This document shows, one piece after another, positions 1 to 10,938 of a DNA stretch of 64,000 nt. How positions within the stretch are numbered: the stretch's first letter is position 1; the number at the start of each line of letters is the position of its first letter. Below the pieces are notes generated by a model, which saw only the letters and a list, made by a program, of their open reading frames with translations, searched no databases and was not told the origin of the DNA. The stretch spans positions 384,001 through 448,000 of the forward strand of contig OY970209.1 of NCBI GenBank assembly GCA_963713855.1, read 5' to 3'. This DNA is from an uncultured bacterium. GTDB lineage: Bacteria > Babelota > Babeliae > Babelales > Babelaceae. The position numbers and the translations under genes are program-made.

Positions 1-77
1 CTTTGATGTACCTCTTGCCTAAAATGCCAGGTGCTCTTAAAGCTTGGGAAATAAAACAAAAATCGTAAAAGCGACAT

Positions 78-113
78 CAAAAAAGAATTGGGCGCTACGT
101 TTAGCGCCCAATT
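78..113 (-). terminator. Intrinsic terminator downstream of the 216..1616 gene
   Basis: Perfect 12-bp inverted repeat AATTGGGCGCTA-CGTT-TAGCGCCCAATT (86-113), followed on the minus strand by CTTTTTT. Confidence 0.75.
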
Positions 114-215
114 TCACGTTTTTTAGGATCCTAACATTCTACACAAAAGCCACCCTACAGCGATGCTAATGCAAGCTATATTAAGCCAAAGGTAGAACGT
201 CAAGCTTTTCATATA

Positions 216-1616
216 TTAAAGCTCTTTTTTATTTCGATCTTTTCTTGAAGAATCTCTTTTGCCTTTACCTTTGCCTTCTTCAGGTTTATTTTTTTCTGGT
301 TTTCTTGCCTTTGCTTTTGTGCTCTCTGTTTTATCTTTTTTAGCTACATCGTCTTTTGCCGGCTCAGAAGATTCAACGTCCATGCTCTGCTCGGGGTTTT
401 TCGGTTTTTCTGGCTCTACAGCTGGCTCGCTTTTAGCAGGCATTTCCGGTATGGTTGGCTCATCAGCAACCTTTGCCTCATCCGATTGGTGCTTTACCTC
501 CTGCTGTGCATCCTGTTCGAGTACTATCTCAGGCTCTTCTAATGGCAATTCAACCTTTGCTTCTTCTTTGGATTCCTCTAAAACTTGTTCAACTTTTTCA
601 ACTTGCTCAGTGTTTTCAGATTTAGAAGGCTCAGATTCTACCACAAGCTCTTGAATTTCTATCACCCTAGGCTCTTCTAATTTAGGTTCGAATTTTTCCT
701 CCTGAACTTGCGCTTCAGAGCCCGAAATTTGAGCACCTTTTGTTAACGCCACTTTCAACTTTTCAACAACTTTCGTAAAGTCTTTAGCTTCTGCAAGCGT
801 AAGCGCTCCTTCAAGCTCGGTCACCGCATCATGCATGTAATCGATTAACAATAACGCAATACCCTCGTGCCCGTACTCAATGGACCACCAAAGAGCAGGA
901 TTTCCCTCTGCATCTTTAAGCTTTGGATTACTACCAGCTTTAAGAAGTAACTCAACAACTTCTTCGCTATTGCCTTCTTTGGATGCAATCATAAGCGGTG
1001 TCAGGCCATCATTTGCAACTGCGTCAACCGTAACCTTCTTAGAAAGAAGAAGTCGCACAGTGTCGGGATCACCATTTTCTGCTGCCAAAGATAGAGGAAC
1101 GTGGCCGTAGTCATCAGCTTTTTCAAGCTCGAAATCCTTTTTTATAAGCTCAACAGCCTTCTCGCTATTTTTATTAAGAAGGCTATCAGTTAAAGCACCT
1201 GGTTTAGCAATAGGATCCACATCTGAAACAAAAGCGCGCCGCAGTTTTAGCGCCTCCTTATCTCCTTTGCTTATCCCAAATGCGTTTTCAAAATGAGCAC
1301 CTTCTACTTTTGCCTTGTTAAATTTAGCACCGGTAAGATCAGTCCAAGAAAAATCAGATCCTCTAATATCCGCTTGACCAAATTTTACGCCCCTTAAATC
1401 TAGGTTAATAAGCTTTGCATTTCTCAAAATGGATTTACCAAAGTCCCCACGAACAACCGATCCTTCATGAAAGACAGTGCGCTCTTGTTCGCTCAAATCT
1501 ATACCACCTTTAGAAACCTGCGTATCGCCTGCAATCACTAAATCACCTGAACGAAACTCAGCATATGCCATAAGAGGCACAAGCGAGGATAGCGCTAGAA
1601 AAAATGTCGTCTTCAT
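216..1616 (-). CDS. Exported pentapeptide-repeat plus ankyrin-repeat protein with Glu/Lys-rich tail
   Basis: Signal-peptide-like N-terminus; A(D/K)LxxA pentapeptide repeats; ankyrin repeats (GHVPLSLAA, GLTPLMIAS); low-complexity C-terminus. Confidence 0.8.
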   Translation of the reverse strand: MKTTFFLALSSLVPLMAYAEFRSGDLVIAGDTQVSKGGIDLSEQERTVFHEGSVVRGDFGKSILRNAKLINLDLRGVKFGQADIRGSDFSWTDLTGAKFNKAKVEGAHFENAFGISKGDKEALKLRRAFVSDVDPIAKPGALTDSLLNKNSEKAVELIKKDFELEKADDYGHVPLSLAAENGDPDTVRLLLSKKVTVDAVANDGLTPLMIASKEGNSEEVVELLLKAGSNPKLKDAEGNPALWWSIEYGHEGIALLLIDYMHDAVTELEGALTLAEAKDFTKVVEKLKVALTKGAQISGSEAQVQEEKFEPKLEEPRVIEIQELVVESEPSKSENTEQVEKVEQVLEESKEEAKVELPLEEPEIVLEQDAQQEVKHQSDEAKVADEPTIPEMPAKSEPAVEPEKPKNPEQSMDVESSEPAKDDVAKKDKTESTKAKARKPEKNKPEEGKGKGKRDSSRKDRNKKEL

Positions 1617-2015
1617 AACTACGACCCTTCTTGTAAAAAAGTTAAGATATAAACTGTTTTTAATAACAGCAGTACCATTATAGGAAAAAGAAAAAGGATC
1701 TTCAAATTAAAGTTAAGCTTCCAGCTTCAACTAAATAAGGCTGAATATCTTGCTTCTTTCTTAATAAAACCTTACCTCAACAATTTTTGCACATTACGCT
1801 CAATGCGAATTTTTTCCCATTTTATATGCTTACATAGACCGTCAATGTCAAGCTCTTTGTATGCAAGAAGTATCTTGAGAATAAGGCCACGTATCTGCCT
1901 TCGGACCCTTCGAAAGAAGACTGTTTAGTATAAGATTTTATATAAATAACAGTACTCCCTTATGCAACAATTGCTATAAATCAGCAGCCAACTAGCCAGA
2001 CTTTTACAAGCACAT

Positions 2016-5000
2016 CTACACGATGCTATTCATCGGCTGTTCAGTGCCATCAAAATGAACACTGCCCCCTGGATGCCTAAACATATATTTATAGAATGCA
2101 AAGCTTACAGCAGCCGCTGTTCCTGCGCCTATAATAAAGGCGGCGGGAACGCCTAACGATACACCAAGAGCAATCCCGAGCGTAGTTGTGCCACCATCGC
2201 CCGATTGAACAGCTCCGCTATTAGTACCGCTCGAGCCGGTACCAAGCAACGACCCTAGAGACACATCATTTGAATCAAAGTTAGCAGTTGCTAGATATTC
2301 AGTACTGACGGTGCCGTTATTGGGAGCAAAAACGAGTGCAACGCATTTAGTGGAATTTCCTGGCAAAGGGTATGAGGACGCTTGATTAAAACTACCACTA
2401 GTAAGATTAAAAACAGTAAAGCTACTTGATCCGCTATTGGCAGTAGCAAGATAGCCGCCGTTTGACGAAGCTGCTATCGATTGCGGATTAAAAGACCCTG
2501 CAGGCAAAGAATACGATTTTCCAAACCCTAAGCTCGTTTGCTGAACAGGAAATACGCTAATATCATTCGAGCCGCTATTTGCCGTGACAAGCGCCAATTG
2601 AGTGGGACTGACCGGTAAAAAAATAACCGCCTGGGGCCCGGTCGATCCCGTCGGCAAGGAAGTGATACTTCCACCTGAAAGAGCCCCTTGTAAAAATTGA
2701 AAGAGCGCGACATTGTTCGTACCGAAATTGGCAGTGGCGAGCAAAGAACCATCAGAACTAAAAGCCAGCGCCTCTGGCGTCGTTGCTCCGGCGGGAAGCT
2801 TATAGGCAATCCCATTGCTCAAAACTCCATTAGCTACCTGAAAGACTGCCACGTCATTTGAACCGCTATCAGCAACAGCAAGATATAGGTCACCAGGAGC
2901 AAACTGGATAGCAGCAGGAACGGTTGATCCAACGGGCAATGCATACGAAAGAGCTCCGATCAATTGTCCTCCAGCAACCTGGAAAACGCTTACATCATTT
3001 GTTTTTTGGTTAGCAGTAGCCACATAAACACCATCTGATGTAAATGCTACCGCAATCGGAAGAGAAGGCGTAACCCCATTATACGGTAATGGGTATGATC
3101 TTTTAGTCCCGAGAGCAAACACATTGCCCGTTGAGTTAGTATTAAAAAGGGTAACATCGCTGGTAGCATAATTTGCTGTTGCCAGATAGGCAAGGTTCGA
3201 CGAAAAAGCAACGGCATTCGGCTGGCGCGAACCTTTAAAGAGTGGCGGTAAAGTATAAATGGCGCCAGTATTTAATGCTCCACCAGTAACGTTAAAGATA
3301 ATAATCTCAGACTGGGACCGATCGGTTAATGCCAAGTACAATCCGTTGGGAGAAAAGGTAATTGTCTCCCCATAAGATGTTCGAGGGGGCAATGGATATT
3401 CAGTTTGATTGGTCAACACCCCACCGGTACCCACCGTAAAGACTATCACAAATCCAAGACCATTAGCGAAAATATATGAAGCAATAGCAAGATAGGTGCC
3501 CGATGGAGAAAAAACCAACGAATAAGGGCTTGCACCACTATAGAGAGCATAAGACTGTGCACCACTCAAGGCTCCTCCCCCTCCCACCTGAAAAATAGTA
3601 AGGTTTTCAGAATCCACACAACCGACGGCAAGAAGCGTATTATCAGGCGAAAATGCTATAGTAAGCGGGTGAGCAGATCCTGTGGGTAATGCGTATGATG
3701 TTGGCGTGCCCAAAACTCCACCGCTTTGAATAGGAAAAATCGTTACATCATTCGATGATTCATTGGCTGTTGCAATATATGACCCATTGGGCGAAACAGT
3801 CAAAGCACGAGGAAGCGTAGAGCCAGCTGGCAATGAGTATGAAGTAGGGTTACTTAAAACTCCACCGGACCCAACGCTCCATACAACAAGCGTGCCTACG
3901 AAGGTCGAGGTAACAAGATATGATCCGTTGGCAAAAAACGCTAGAGCTTCAGGACCTGAGCTACCACTCGGAAGCAAATAGGAGGTTCCATTAGTAAGCA
4001 CTCCTTGGGCTTGGACCGTGAACATGGTTATCGTATTAGCTTGGGTGTTTGCAGTAGCAAGATATGACCCATTTGGAGAAAATGCCAATGCATAGGGCTC
4101 TATCGAATCAGAAAAGACGGTATACGCAGTTCCATTAGTAAGAGCACCAGTTCCTCCAACAGTAAATACCGCTAAACCGTTTAAGTTATAATTAGCAAGA
4201 GCAAGATAACTGCCTGATGGCGCAAAAGAGACAGAACGCGACTGCGTCAAACCGGCCGGAAGGCCATACTGAGTAAGGTTGGCCAAAACGCCTCCTGCTT
4301 GGACATCAAAGGTCACAACAACCCCCGAGATCGATGTAGCTGCAAGATAAAGACCATTGGGTGAAAATGATACTGCGTAAGGATTGCCGACGGGCCCATA
4401 CGATGCGGCTCCACTAAGTGTGCCATTTCCGTTAACAGTAAAGACCGTTACATCGCTCGAATTGAAGTTTGCAGTAGCCAGATAAGCACCACTGGGTGAA
4501 AATGTTACCCAGGTCGGCTGGGTCGAGCCGACAGGCAATGCGTATGATGCTCCGGCGCTCAGGACACCTGATTGAAATGAAAATACCGTCACATTGTTAG
4601 TACCAGAATTGGCGGTGCCAACCAAAGAGCCTGAGGGAGAAAAAGCGAGTGAAAAAGGTTGAGTCGCGCCGGAGGGTAACGCATATGATATCGGATTGAT
4701 CAAAGTCCCCTGGGAACTTAAAGTAAAAACCGTGAGATCACTCGAGTTGTAATTAGCCGTAAGGACGTATTGCCCCGAGGGAGAAAAAGTTATCGATTCC
4801 GCAGTGCTTGAGCCAGAAGGCAGTGTATAAGAAACCCCGCCTTCCAATGCTCCTGTCTGACTAACGCTAAAAAGGGTCACATCGTTTCCATTAGCGCTAA
4901 CCAGATACGAGCTATCAGGTGAGAAAGCAAGTGCCGCCGGAAGTACAGAGCCCAGCGGTAAGGCATAAGGAACGCCATTACCAAGTACGCCATTAGCGCC

Positions 5001-5339
5001 TACCGGAAAAATAGTGATATCTGCTGAATTATAATTTGCAGTAGCAAGATACAAACCATTTGGAGAATACACAGCTGCTATGGGCTGCGTTGCACCTTGG
5101 GGTAATAGATACGAAGCCCCGTCATATAAGTTGCCACTCGTATTTACATTAAATACTGACACGTCATTGCGATTCGCGGTAGCCAACAAATTGCCACTGG
5201 GGGAAAATTGTGCCTGAGTAGGCCAGCCTGAGGCACCTGGCAAAGGGTAACTTTCTTCGCTCAGAAGCACTCCCCGTAGTCCCAGTACCCAAAACATTAT
5301 CAAGATAAACAACACATAAAGACGATTTACGGCAAACAT
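2016..5339 (-). CDS. Beta-propeller repeat (lactonase-like) membrane-anchored protein
   Basis: 21 repeats of Y.LP.GS..P..(L/V)AFSP.G.YLATAN..S.DVTVF; hydrophobic N-terminus; C-terminal TM helix and short tail. Confidence 0.85.
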   Translation of the reverse strand: MFAVNRLYVLFILIMFWVLGLRGVLLSEESYPLPGASGWPTQAQFSPSGNLLATANRNDVSVFNVNTSGNLYDGASYLLPQGATQPIAAVYSPNGLYLATANYNSADITIFPVGANGVLGNGVPYALPLGSVLPAALAFSPDSSYLVSANGNDVTLFSVSQTGALEGGVSYTLPSGSSTAESITFSPSGQYVLTANYNSSDLTVFTLSSQGTLINPISYALPSGATQPFSLAFSPSGSLVGTANSGTNNVTVFSFQSGVLSAGASYALPVGSTQPTWVTFSPSGAYLATANFNSSDVTVFTVNGNGTLSGAASYGPVGNPYAVSFSPNGLYLAATSISGVVVTFDVQAGGVLANLTQYGLPAGLTQSRSVSFAPSGSYLALANYNLNGLAVFTVGGTGALTNGTAYTVFSDSIEPYALAFSPNGSYLATANTQANTITMFTVQAQGVLTNGTSYLLPSGSSGPEALAFFANGSYLVTSTFVGTLVVWSVGSGGVLSNPTSYSLPAGSTLPRALTVSPNGSYIATANESSNDVTIFPIQSGGVLGTPTSYALPTGSAHPLTIAFSPDNTLLAVGCVDSENLTIFQVGGGGALSGAQSYALYSGASPYSLVFSPSGTYLAIASYIFANGLGFVIVFTVGTGGVLTNQTEYPLPPRTSYGETITFSPNGLYLALTDRSQSEIIIFNVTGGALNTGAIYTLPPLFKGSRQPNAVAFSSNLAYLATANYATSDVTLFNTNSTGNVFALGTKRSYPLPYNGVTPSLPIAVAFTSDGVYVATANQKTNDVSVFQVAGGQLIGALSYALPVGSTVPAAIQFAPGDLYLAVADSGSNDVAVFQVANGVLSNGIAYKLPAGATTPEALAFSSDGSLLATANFGTNNVALFQFLQGALSGGSITSLPTGSTGPQAVIFLPVSPTQLALVTANSGSNDISVFPVQQTSLGFGKSYSLPAGSFNPQSIAASSNGGYLATANSGSSSFTVFNLTSGSFNQASSYPLPGNSTKCVALVFAPNNGTVSTEYLATANFDSNDVSLGSLLGTGSSGTNSGAVQSGDGGTTTLGIALGVSLGVPAAFIIGAGTAAAVSFAFYKYMFRHPGGSVHFDGTEQPMNSIV

Positions 5340-5695
5340 GGATAACTTCTCCCTTACAGTCCTGAAAGACTAATTTAACGGCCTATTATAGTGAGCACTC
5401 CCTGGTTTGTCTAGCCAGCTCGATACGTCATGGGGCTATAAAAGTCAATCAAACAAATTGACCAGCACGTATTTAAGTTGATCTATCCAATTAGCTAACA
5501 TAATTACGCTCTACTTCAGCAATGCGATTTCTACAGCTCAGCCAGATGGGGCGACTGCCCTCCTCGGTTATCTGTGCTCATCGAACAGAAAATAGTGAGT
5601 GAAGAAGTCTCTAATTGCATGTTAGATCTTTCAGAATGTGCTTTTGGTGCTATACTCTTACTGTGCGTACTTGGTTTATATTGCGAGGAATACTT

Positions 5696-6310
5696 ATGCA
5701 ATTGCCTTTTTTATTATCACATGAACAAGAAGTCTGCATACAAGAACGATTGCAGCAGTTTTCAGCTTTACAGAAATGCGACGAGAAAGCATGGTTTAGT
5801 GAGCTTTGTTTTTGCATCTTAACGGCCCAATCTTCCGCGCTAAAAGCTATAAAGATACAAGAAGAGGTGCAAGAGGCAGGCTTTTTGACCTATTCTCAGG
5901 AAGAGCTAAAATCCATTTTAAGAAGACACTCGCATCGCTTTCACAACAAAAAAGCTTCGTATATTGTCGAAGCTAGAAAGCATGCTGATATTAAAAAAAC
6001 GCTCACAATACTGCACTCTGGATCAATAGACGCTATCAAAGCCCGTACGTATATTGCTCAGAACGTTAAAGGCATTGGGCTTAAAGAAGCCTCCCACTTT
6101 TTGCGCAATGTTGGCTTTAGTAACGTCGCCATTATTGACCGTCATATTATTCGCTTTTTAGTGAGGTATAATGTTATCGATAAAGCGCCAAAAAACATTA
6201 CCAGTCATGACTATTTTAAGCTCGAAAACGCCCTTAAAAAATATGAAATACCGCTTGACAGACTTGATCTAATGATTTGGTGCCATATGACTGGCACTAT
6301 CCTTAAATAA
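5696..6310 (+). CDS. ogg: 8-oxoguanine DNA glycosylase/AP lyase (archaeal/Thermotoga-type)
   Basis: ELCFCILTA, HhH motif KGIGLKEASHFLRNVG, VAIIDRHI; start moved to ATG 5696 behind GAGGAA. Confidence 0.85.
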   Translation: MQLPFLLSHEQEVCIQERLQQFSALQKCDEKAWFSELCFCILTAQSSALKAIKIQEEVQEAGFLTYSQEELKSILRRHSHRFHNKKASYIVEARKHADIKKTLTILHSGSIDAIKARTYIAQNVKGIGLKEASHFLRNVGFSNVAIIDRHIIRFLVRYNVIDKAPKNITSHDYFKLENALKKYEIPLDRLDLMIWCHMTGTILK

Positions 6311-6313
6311 GTG

Positions 6314-8941
6314 CTATCCACTTATACGTCCAACACGGAAAGTAGCTAGATCCTGTGCTAAAAGCCGCGATACAGATTCTTGTACCTCGTCGAGTCTTAT
6401 CGCTTGTAGATGCTGGGCACGAGTGTCAAAAAACGTTGCAGGCAATTTAAACCGATCTAAAAAGAGAAAACTATTTGCTATTTGGTGGTTTGAAGCAAAA
6501 TGATCGACAAGGTTTGCAGCGATAGCTCTTTGAGATTCTAAAAGCTCGCTGTCAGTCAAATCTTCCGCTTTCTTATTCAAAACCTTCTTTATAAGAAGCT
6601 CTGCTTCTTCAGCTTTCTCGCCAGAAACAATCGTTTTGATAAATATCATGCCGGGCTCAGTATGAGCACCAGAGACAAGAGAACCTCCTATCGTATAAAA
6701 AAGGCCAGAACGCTCTCTAATTTGAAAGAGTCGTGAATTCATCGACCCTGAAGCTCCGCCAGTCAACACGTGGTCAAAAAGAAAAAGCTTATCAAAATCT
6801 GTGTCCATACGTCGCACAGAAAGCCCCGCAAACGCAAGTACCATTTGGTCCCGATTAATATAGCGGTTCACACTCGTCTTATCAGAGCGCACAAGGTTAG
6901 GAAAAATAATGTCTGGCACCTCCGGACCCTGCCATGAGCCAAGAGACTCTTCAAGTAAATTTTTTAAATCGGATGCTTTAAAATCGCCTACTATCGCTAA
7001 ACGTGCTTCTCGGGGAGTTATGAAAGCGCGGTAGGCGTGTAAAAGGTCCTCTCTACGTATCGAATTTATGCTTTGTACAGTACCTAGATATGACTTTTTA
7101 TAAGGGTGGCCTTCGTAAATGGCCTCGCGCGCTAATTGTCCAATAAACTGGGTAGGAGTGTCCCAGTAATCTTTAATATCTGCAAGAATGTGCGTACGCA
7201 CTTTTTCGATGGTTTTGGGCTCAAAAAGAGCCTCAGTTAGAATGCTACTAATTAGAGAAAGCGCTTTGGGAAAATCCGTGCTTAACATGCTCATACTTAT
7301 TTGACCAGCATGGGTCTGCAACGCAATACCAAGGGACTCAAGCTCCTCAACGAAAGTGTGGCCAGGAAAACGAGCAGTTCCTTCATCGAGCATATCCATC
7401 ATAAAACTCTGAAGACCTTCCCTCGCGTCAGGGTCATAATATCCACGTGCTTTAAAATCTATAATGACACTGATCTTTGGCACATGTGAACTGGCGCTAT
7501 ACAAAACTCGAAGACCATTTGAAAGTGTCATCGACTCATATTTAGGAAAATCGAAATGCTCCCATTCTCTAGGTTCTACGGTATGCACAGCCAATCCAGC
7601 TTCAATCTCGCTTTCACGTACGATTCGATTAAGAACGAGGGCATCTTCTTTGTCCGATAGTGCCTGAAGTTGAAGCCAAAAAGGCTTTTCCTTTTCCGTT
7701 ATTGGAAGTACTTGGCCTACGTGCATTACAGATGGCCTTAAGTACGTTGTTATAAAATGCTCAAATTCTTTGCGAATAGCGTCTTGATCATGCCTGATAT
7801 AGTGTAGAAGATACTGCTCATCAGAAGTAGCAAGATAATGTTTGCCTAGCAAAAAAGCGCACCTTTCTTGATCTTCTAAAATGCCCATCCAGTCAAGCTC
7901 AGTTTTTTTCTTTGCTCTTAAAAATTCGCTATCTGTGCACCCGTTAACTGAAAGCTCTTCAAGTTCTCTCTCTATAAGACCAATCGCTTTTTCAATAACT
8001 TCTTGGCAAGTAGGCTGAAAATGCACGATAAAGAGAGCGTGATCCATAAGGTCGTAAACCATGGCCTCAACATCAGTAGCTATCTGCTCAGTATCAACCA
8101 GGCGTTTAAAAAGTCGTGAACTTTTACCCGACCCGATTATACTTGCGGTTACATCCATAAGGTAGTCAGATCGCGCACGTAGCCCGGGAACAACCCAAGC
8201 TACCATGACGAACGGCTGCTGTATATCGCGGTATACAACCACGCGCTGACTACTAATATCCGGCGAATGATAATACTCTTTTGGAGTGTATGACCAATCA
8301 GGCATAAGGTGCGAGAAAGCCTCCTCTACTCGCTCTTTGACTTCGTCTTCTTTTACAGCACCTGTTACAATGAGCGTAGCATTGTTCGGAATATAGTGTT
8401 TTTTATAAAAAGCTACCAAATGGTCTCTATTAAGGTTCCACAAATCTTTTTTATAGCCGATAACAGGATAGCGATAGGGGTGATCCGAAAAAAGCGAACC
8501 CATGAGCTTTTCAATGAGAATGGAGCCGTAATCGTCCTTATACATCTTTAATTCTTGTATGACCGCTTTAAGCTCTGCATTAAGAAGATCTTCTTTGAAT
8601 GTGCAGTTTACCATGCAATCAGCCATAATCGGCAAAGCTTTATCCCAGTTAGTTGAGGGTAGCTCAAACATATAACCAGTATAGTCATGGGACGTAAACG
8701 CATTACAATAGCCAGCTAGCTTGTGAGTAATGAGATTAATATCCGATTCGGAAAGCGTCGTAGTCCCTTTAAAAATCATATGTTCAATCAGGTGCGCTAT
8801 GCCCTTTTCTCTCGAGCTTTCATCCTTCGAACCAACACGATACCAAAGCTGCAATGAAACTTTTGGTATGCGAAATTGAGGCAGCGTCAATACTGTCATA
8901 CCATTTGATAAACGATGCTTATAAACAGCTGATGTAGCCAT
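6314..8941 (-). CDS. M16 family zinc peptidase (fused two-module PqqL-like)
   Basis: HxxEH motif (HLIEH) followed by MIFKGT and NAFTS; second LSNGL module. Confidence 0.9.
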   Translation of the reverse strand: MATSAVYKHRLSNGMTVLTLPQFRIPKVSLQLWYRVGSKDESSREKGIAHLIEHMIFKGTTTLSESDINLITHKLAGYCNAFTSHDYTGYMFELPSTNWDKALPIMADCMVNCTFKEDLLNAELKAVIQELKMYKDDYGSILIEKLMGSLFSDHPYRYPVIGYKKDLWNLNRDHLVAFYKKHYIPNNATLIVTGAVKEDEVKERVEEAFSHLMPDWSYTPKEYYHSPDISSQRVVVYRDIQQPFVMVAWVVPGLRARSDYLMDVTASIIGSGKSSRLFKRLVDTEQIATDVEAMVYDLMDHALFIVHFQPTCQEVIEKAIGLIERELEELSVNGCTDSEFLRAKKKTELDWMGILEDQERCAFLLGKHYLATSDEQYLLHYIRHDQDAIRKEFEHFITTYLRPSVMHVGQVLPITEKEKPFWLQLQALSDKEDALVLNRIVRESEIEAGLAVHTVEPREWEHFDFPKYESMTLSNGLRVLYSASSHVPKISVIIDFKARGYYDPDAREGLQSFMMDMLDEGTARFPGHTFVEELESLGIALQTHAGQISMSMLSTDFPKALSLISSILTEALFEPKTIEKVRTHILADIKDYWDTPTQFIGQLAREAIYEGHPYKKSYLGTVQSINSIRREDLLHAYRAFITPREARLAIVGDFKASDLKNLLEESLGSWQGPEVPDIIFPNLVRSDKTSVNRYINRDQMVLAFAGLSVRRMDTDFDKLFLFDHVLTGGASGSMNSRLFQIRERSGLFYTIGGSLVSGAHTEPGMIFIKTIVSGEKAEEAELLIKKVLNKKAEDLTDSELLESQRAIAANLVDHFASNHQIANSFLFLDRFKLPATFFDTRAQHLQAIRLDEVQESVSRLLAQDLATFRVGRISG

Positions 8942-9209
8942 TTTCCCCGGTCTCCTATCGCCTTAATCTCACACTTTTAATAAACTTCGCTTTTACTATA
9001 ATAATAAAATACTGAAAATTTTAAAAATTACCACCCAAGTTATGAATTTCAATTAAAGAATAATGAACTGCCAATCCGCGAAGAATCGCAAATGTACAAT
9101 AGCCAGACCGCTCAAGGCAGCCATGTGGCGTAATCTGTTGCTCTTTCTATCTCGTTCTTTTGCTGATATAGTATGATCATAGTACTTAAGCTTACAAAAT
9201 AGTTTGACC

Positions 9210-9782
9210 ATGAATATTCCAACGCTGCTGACCCTCATTAGACTCATACTTTCGCCCCTGATCATGCCTTGGCTTTTAATAGTATTTCTTCCGCTTAATA
9301 TCTTGTGGATCAACGCTTGTCTATCCTCCTTGTTCATTCTTTTTAGCTTTACGGATTTTTTAGACGGTTATCTGGCTCGAACGCGACAACAAGAAACTGC
9401 TCTTGGTAAAGTATTAGATCCTATTGCAGATAAGTTTCTGGTCTATTCCACGCTTATTGCGCTTGTGGCTACAAAAAAGCTCTTTTTCTTTTGGCCTATC
9501 GTCATTATAGGGCGTGAGTTTTTTATCATGAGTTTACGAGAAATTGCTCTTAGCCATGGATTTACGATTTCGGTTAATCAGATGGGAAAGGCAAAAACTT
9601 TTGTTCAAATGCTTTTTATAGCCTTCATCATACTTAATCCGGCACAGCAACAAGGCGGCTATGTTCTTTGGAACAGCATTGAAAGTGTTCTCATCATGGT
9701 AACTGTTGGCTTGACTCTTTACTCGGCGCTTTCATATGGCCGAACTTTTTGGTGTAAATGGATGCTCATTGGTTGCAATTAA
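9210..9782 (+). CDS. pgsA: CDP-diacylglycerol--glycerol-3-phosphate 3-phosphatidyltransferase
   Basis: CDP-alcohol phosphotransferase motif DFLDGYLAR...GKVLDPIADK. Confidence 0.92.
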   Translation: MNIPTLLTLIRLILSPLIMPWLLIVFLPLNILWINACLSSLFILFSFTDFLDGYLARTRQQETALGKVLDPIADKFLVYSTLIALVATKKLFFFWPIVIIGREFFIMSLREIALSHGFTISVNQMGKAKTFVQMLFIAFIILNPAQQQGGYVLWNSIESVLIMVTVGLTLYSALSYGRTFWCKWMLIGCN

Positions 9783-10903
9783 GGTATATATCCATTTCGC
9801 TGCCTCCCATCGTTTTTCTTACTTTGTCATTTGCTCTCGGTATTTTTGTTGGGCATACACATCTACCACTCTGGTACCCTTACCTGGGATTTACTTTCCT
9901 TGCCTGTCTTATACTGTCCTTGCAAAAACCAGTTTATGCGGTCGTGATTCTTTGCCTATGCTCGCTAGCAACAGCAGCTGGCTACTATAGGATCGAGACA
10001 ACCTACCTAAAAGAACGCGCACTTTCCCATTTTCTTGAAAGCTCACCTTTTGAGCTAAAAGGCTTAGTAACAGATGTTTGCAAAATCAAGTCAAAGCGCT
10101 TTAAGAAAAAGATTGGCTTATCCCTCGACTCCATCGCGAATGGCTCGAAAACGGTAAAACCTGCAAGGACGTGCGAGCTCTATCTTCCTTATAGATCCAG
10201 TGTGCATGTTGGGCAAAAAATCACGATAACTGGTGCGATGCTTATGCCCCAAAAAAGGAGGGAGCAATCAAATCAAGCCCCTTTGTTACGCTTTAGCGTG
10301 CCTTCGAGCCATGCGCATATTGTTGATACCAAGATGAGCATCGGAGAAAGACTAAAGAGCGCAGTATTAAGCGCACGCTATAGAATTGCTCTTCGGATTA
10401 GTAGCAAATTGCTTCCCACAACAAGCACTCTTTTTAAATGGCTCTTTCTGGGTTTATCGACTCATGACGAAGACGTTTTGTACCTAAAAGAGCACTGTAA
10501 ATCCTGGGGAATTAGCCATTACTTAGCACGCTCTGGCTTGCACGTAGGCATGATGCTTATGGTATGGCAATCGCTTTTGAGGCACATACCATTCCCATTA
10601 CTCATTAAAGAATTACTCCTCCTTTTTATTCTTCTTATTACAACGGTGCTTTCTTGGCCCAGCATCTCCTTTAGCCGCGCTGTCAGCTCATATATTTTTT
10701 TAAAGTGCTACTCACTTTCAAGGCTATCGATACACCCGTTCCATGTATCATTTTTAACATGCTTCCTGTTTTTATGTTACAACCCACTCTACCTTTTAAG
10801 CATCAGTTTTCAATTAAGCTTTTTGGGAGTATTTTTACTTACGTGGGTCCAAGAAATTGAATTACTACGAAAAAGACCTATCGATGCTCAAAAAAACGTA
10901 TAG
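9758..10903 (+). CDS. comEC: ComEC/Rec2 family competence membrane protein (short form)
   Basis: GISHYLARSGLHVG and SFQLSF motifs; multiple TM segments; no C-terminal beta-lactamase domain. Confidence 0.75.
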   Translation: MDAHWLQLRYISISLPPIVFLTLSFALGIFVGHTHLPLWYPYLGFTFLACLILSLQKPVYAVVILCLCSLATAAGYYRIETTYLKERALSHFLESSPFELKGLVTDVCKIKSKRFKKKIGLSLDSIANGSKTVKPARTCELYLPYRSSVHVGQKITITGAMLMPQKRREQSNQAPLLRFSVPSSHAHIVDTKMSIGERLKSAVLSARYRIALRISSKLLPTTSTLFKWLFLGLSTHDEDVLYLKEHCKSWGISHYLARSGLHVGMMLMVWQSLLRHIPFPLLIKELLLLFILLITTVLSWPSISFSRAVSSYIFLKCYSLSRLSIHPFHVSFLTCFLFLCYNPLYLLSISFQLSFLGVFLLTWVQEIELLRKRPIDAQKNV

Positions 10904-10938
10904 TATAGTTGATAGACAGCAGTTCTGAAAGCAACACT

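Noticed and set aside
5572..5603. CTGTGCTCA and ATAGTGAGTGAA matching sequence near repeat copies 2 and 3
   Set aside because: Short matches with no core element nearby; chance cannot be excluded
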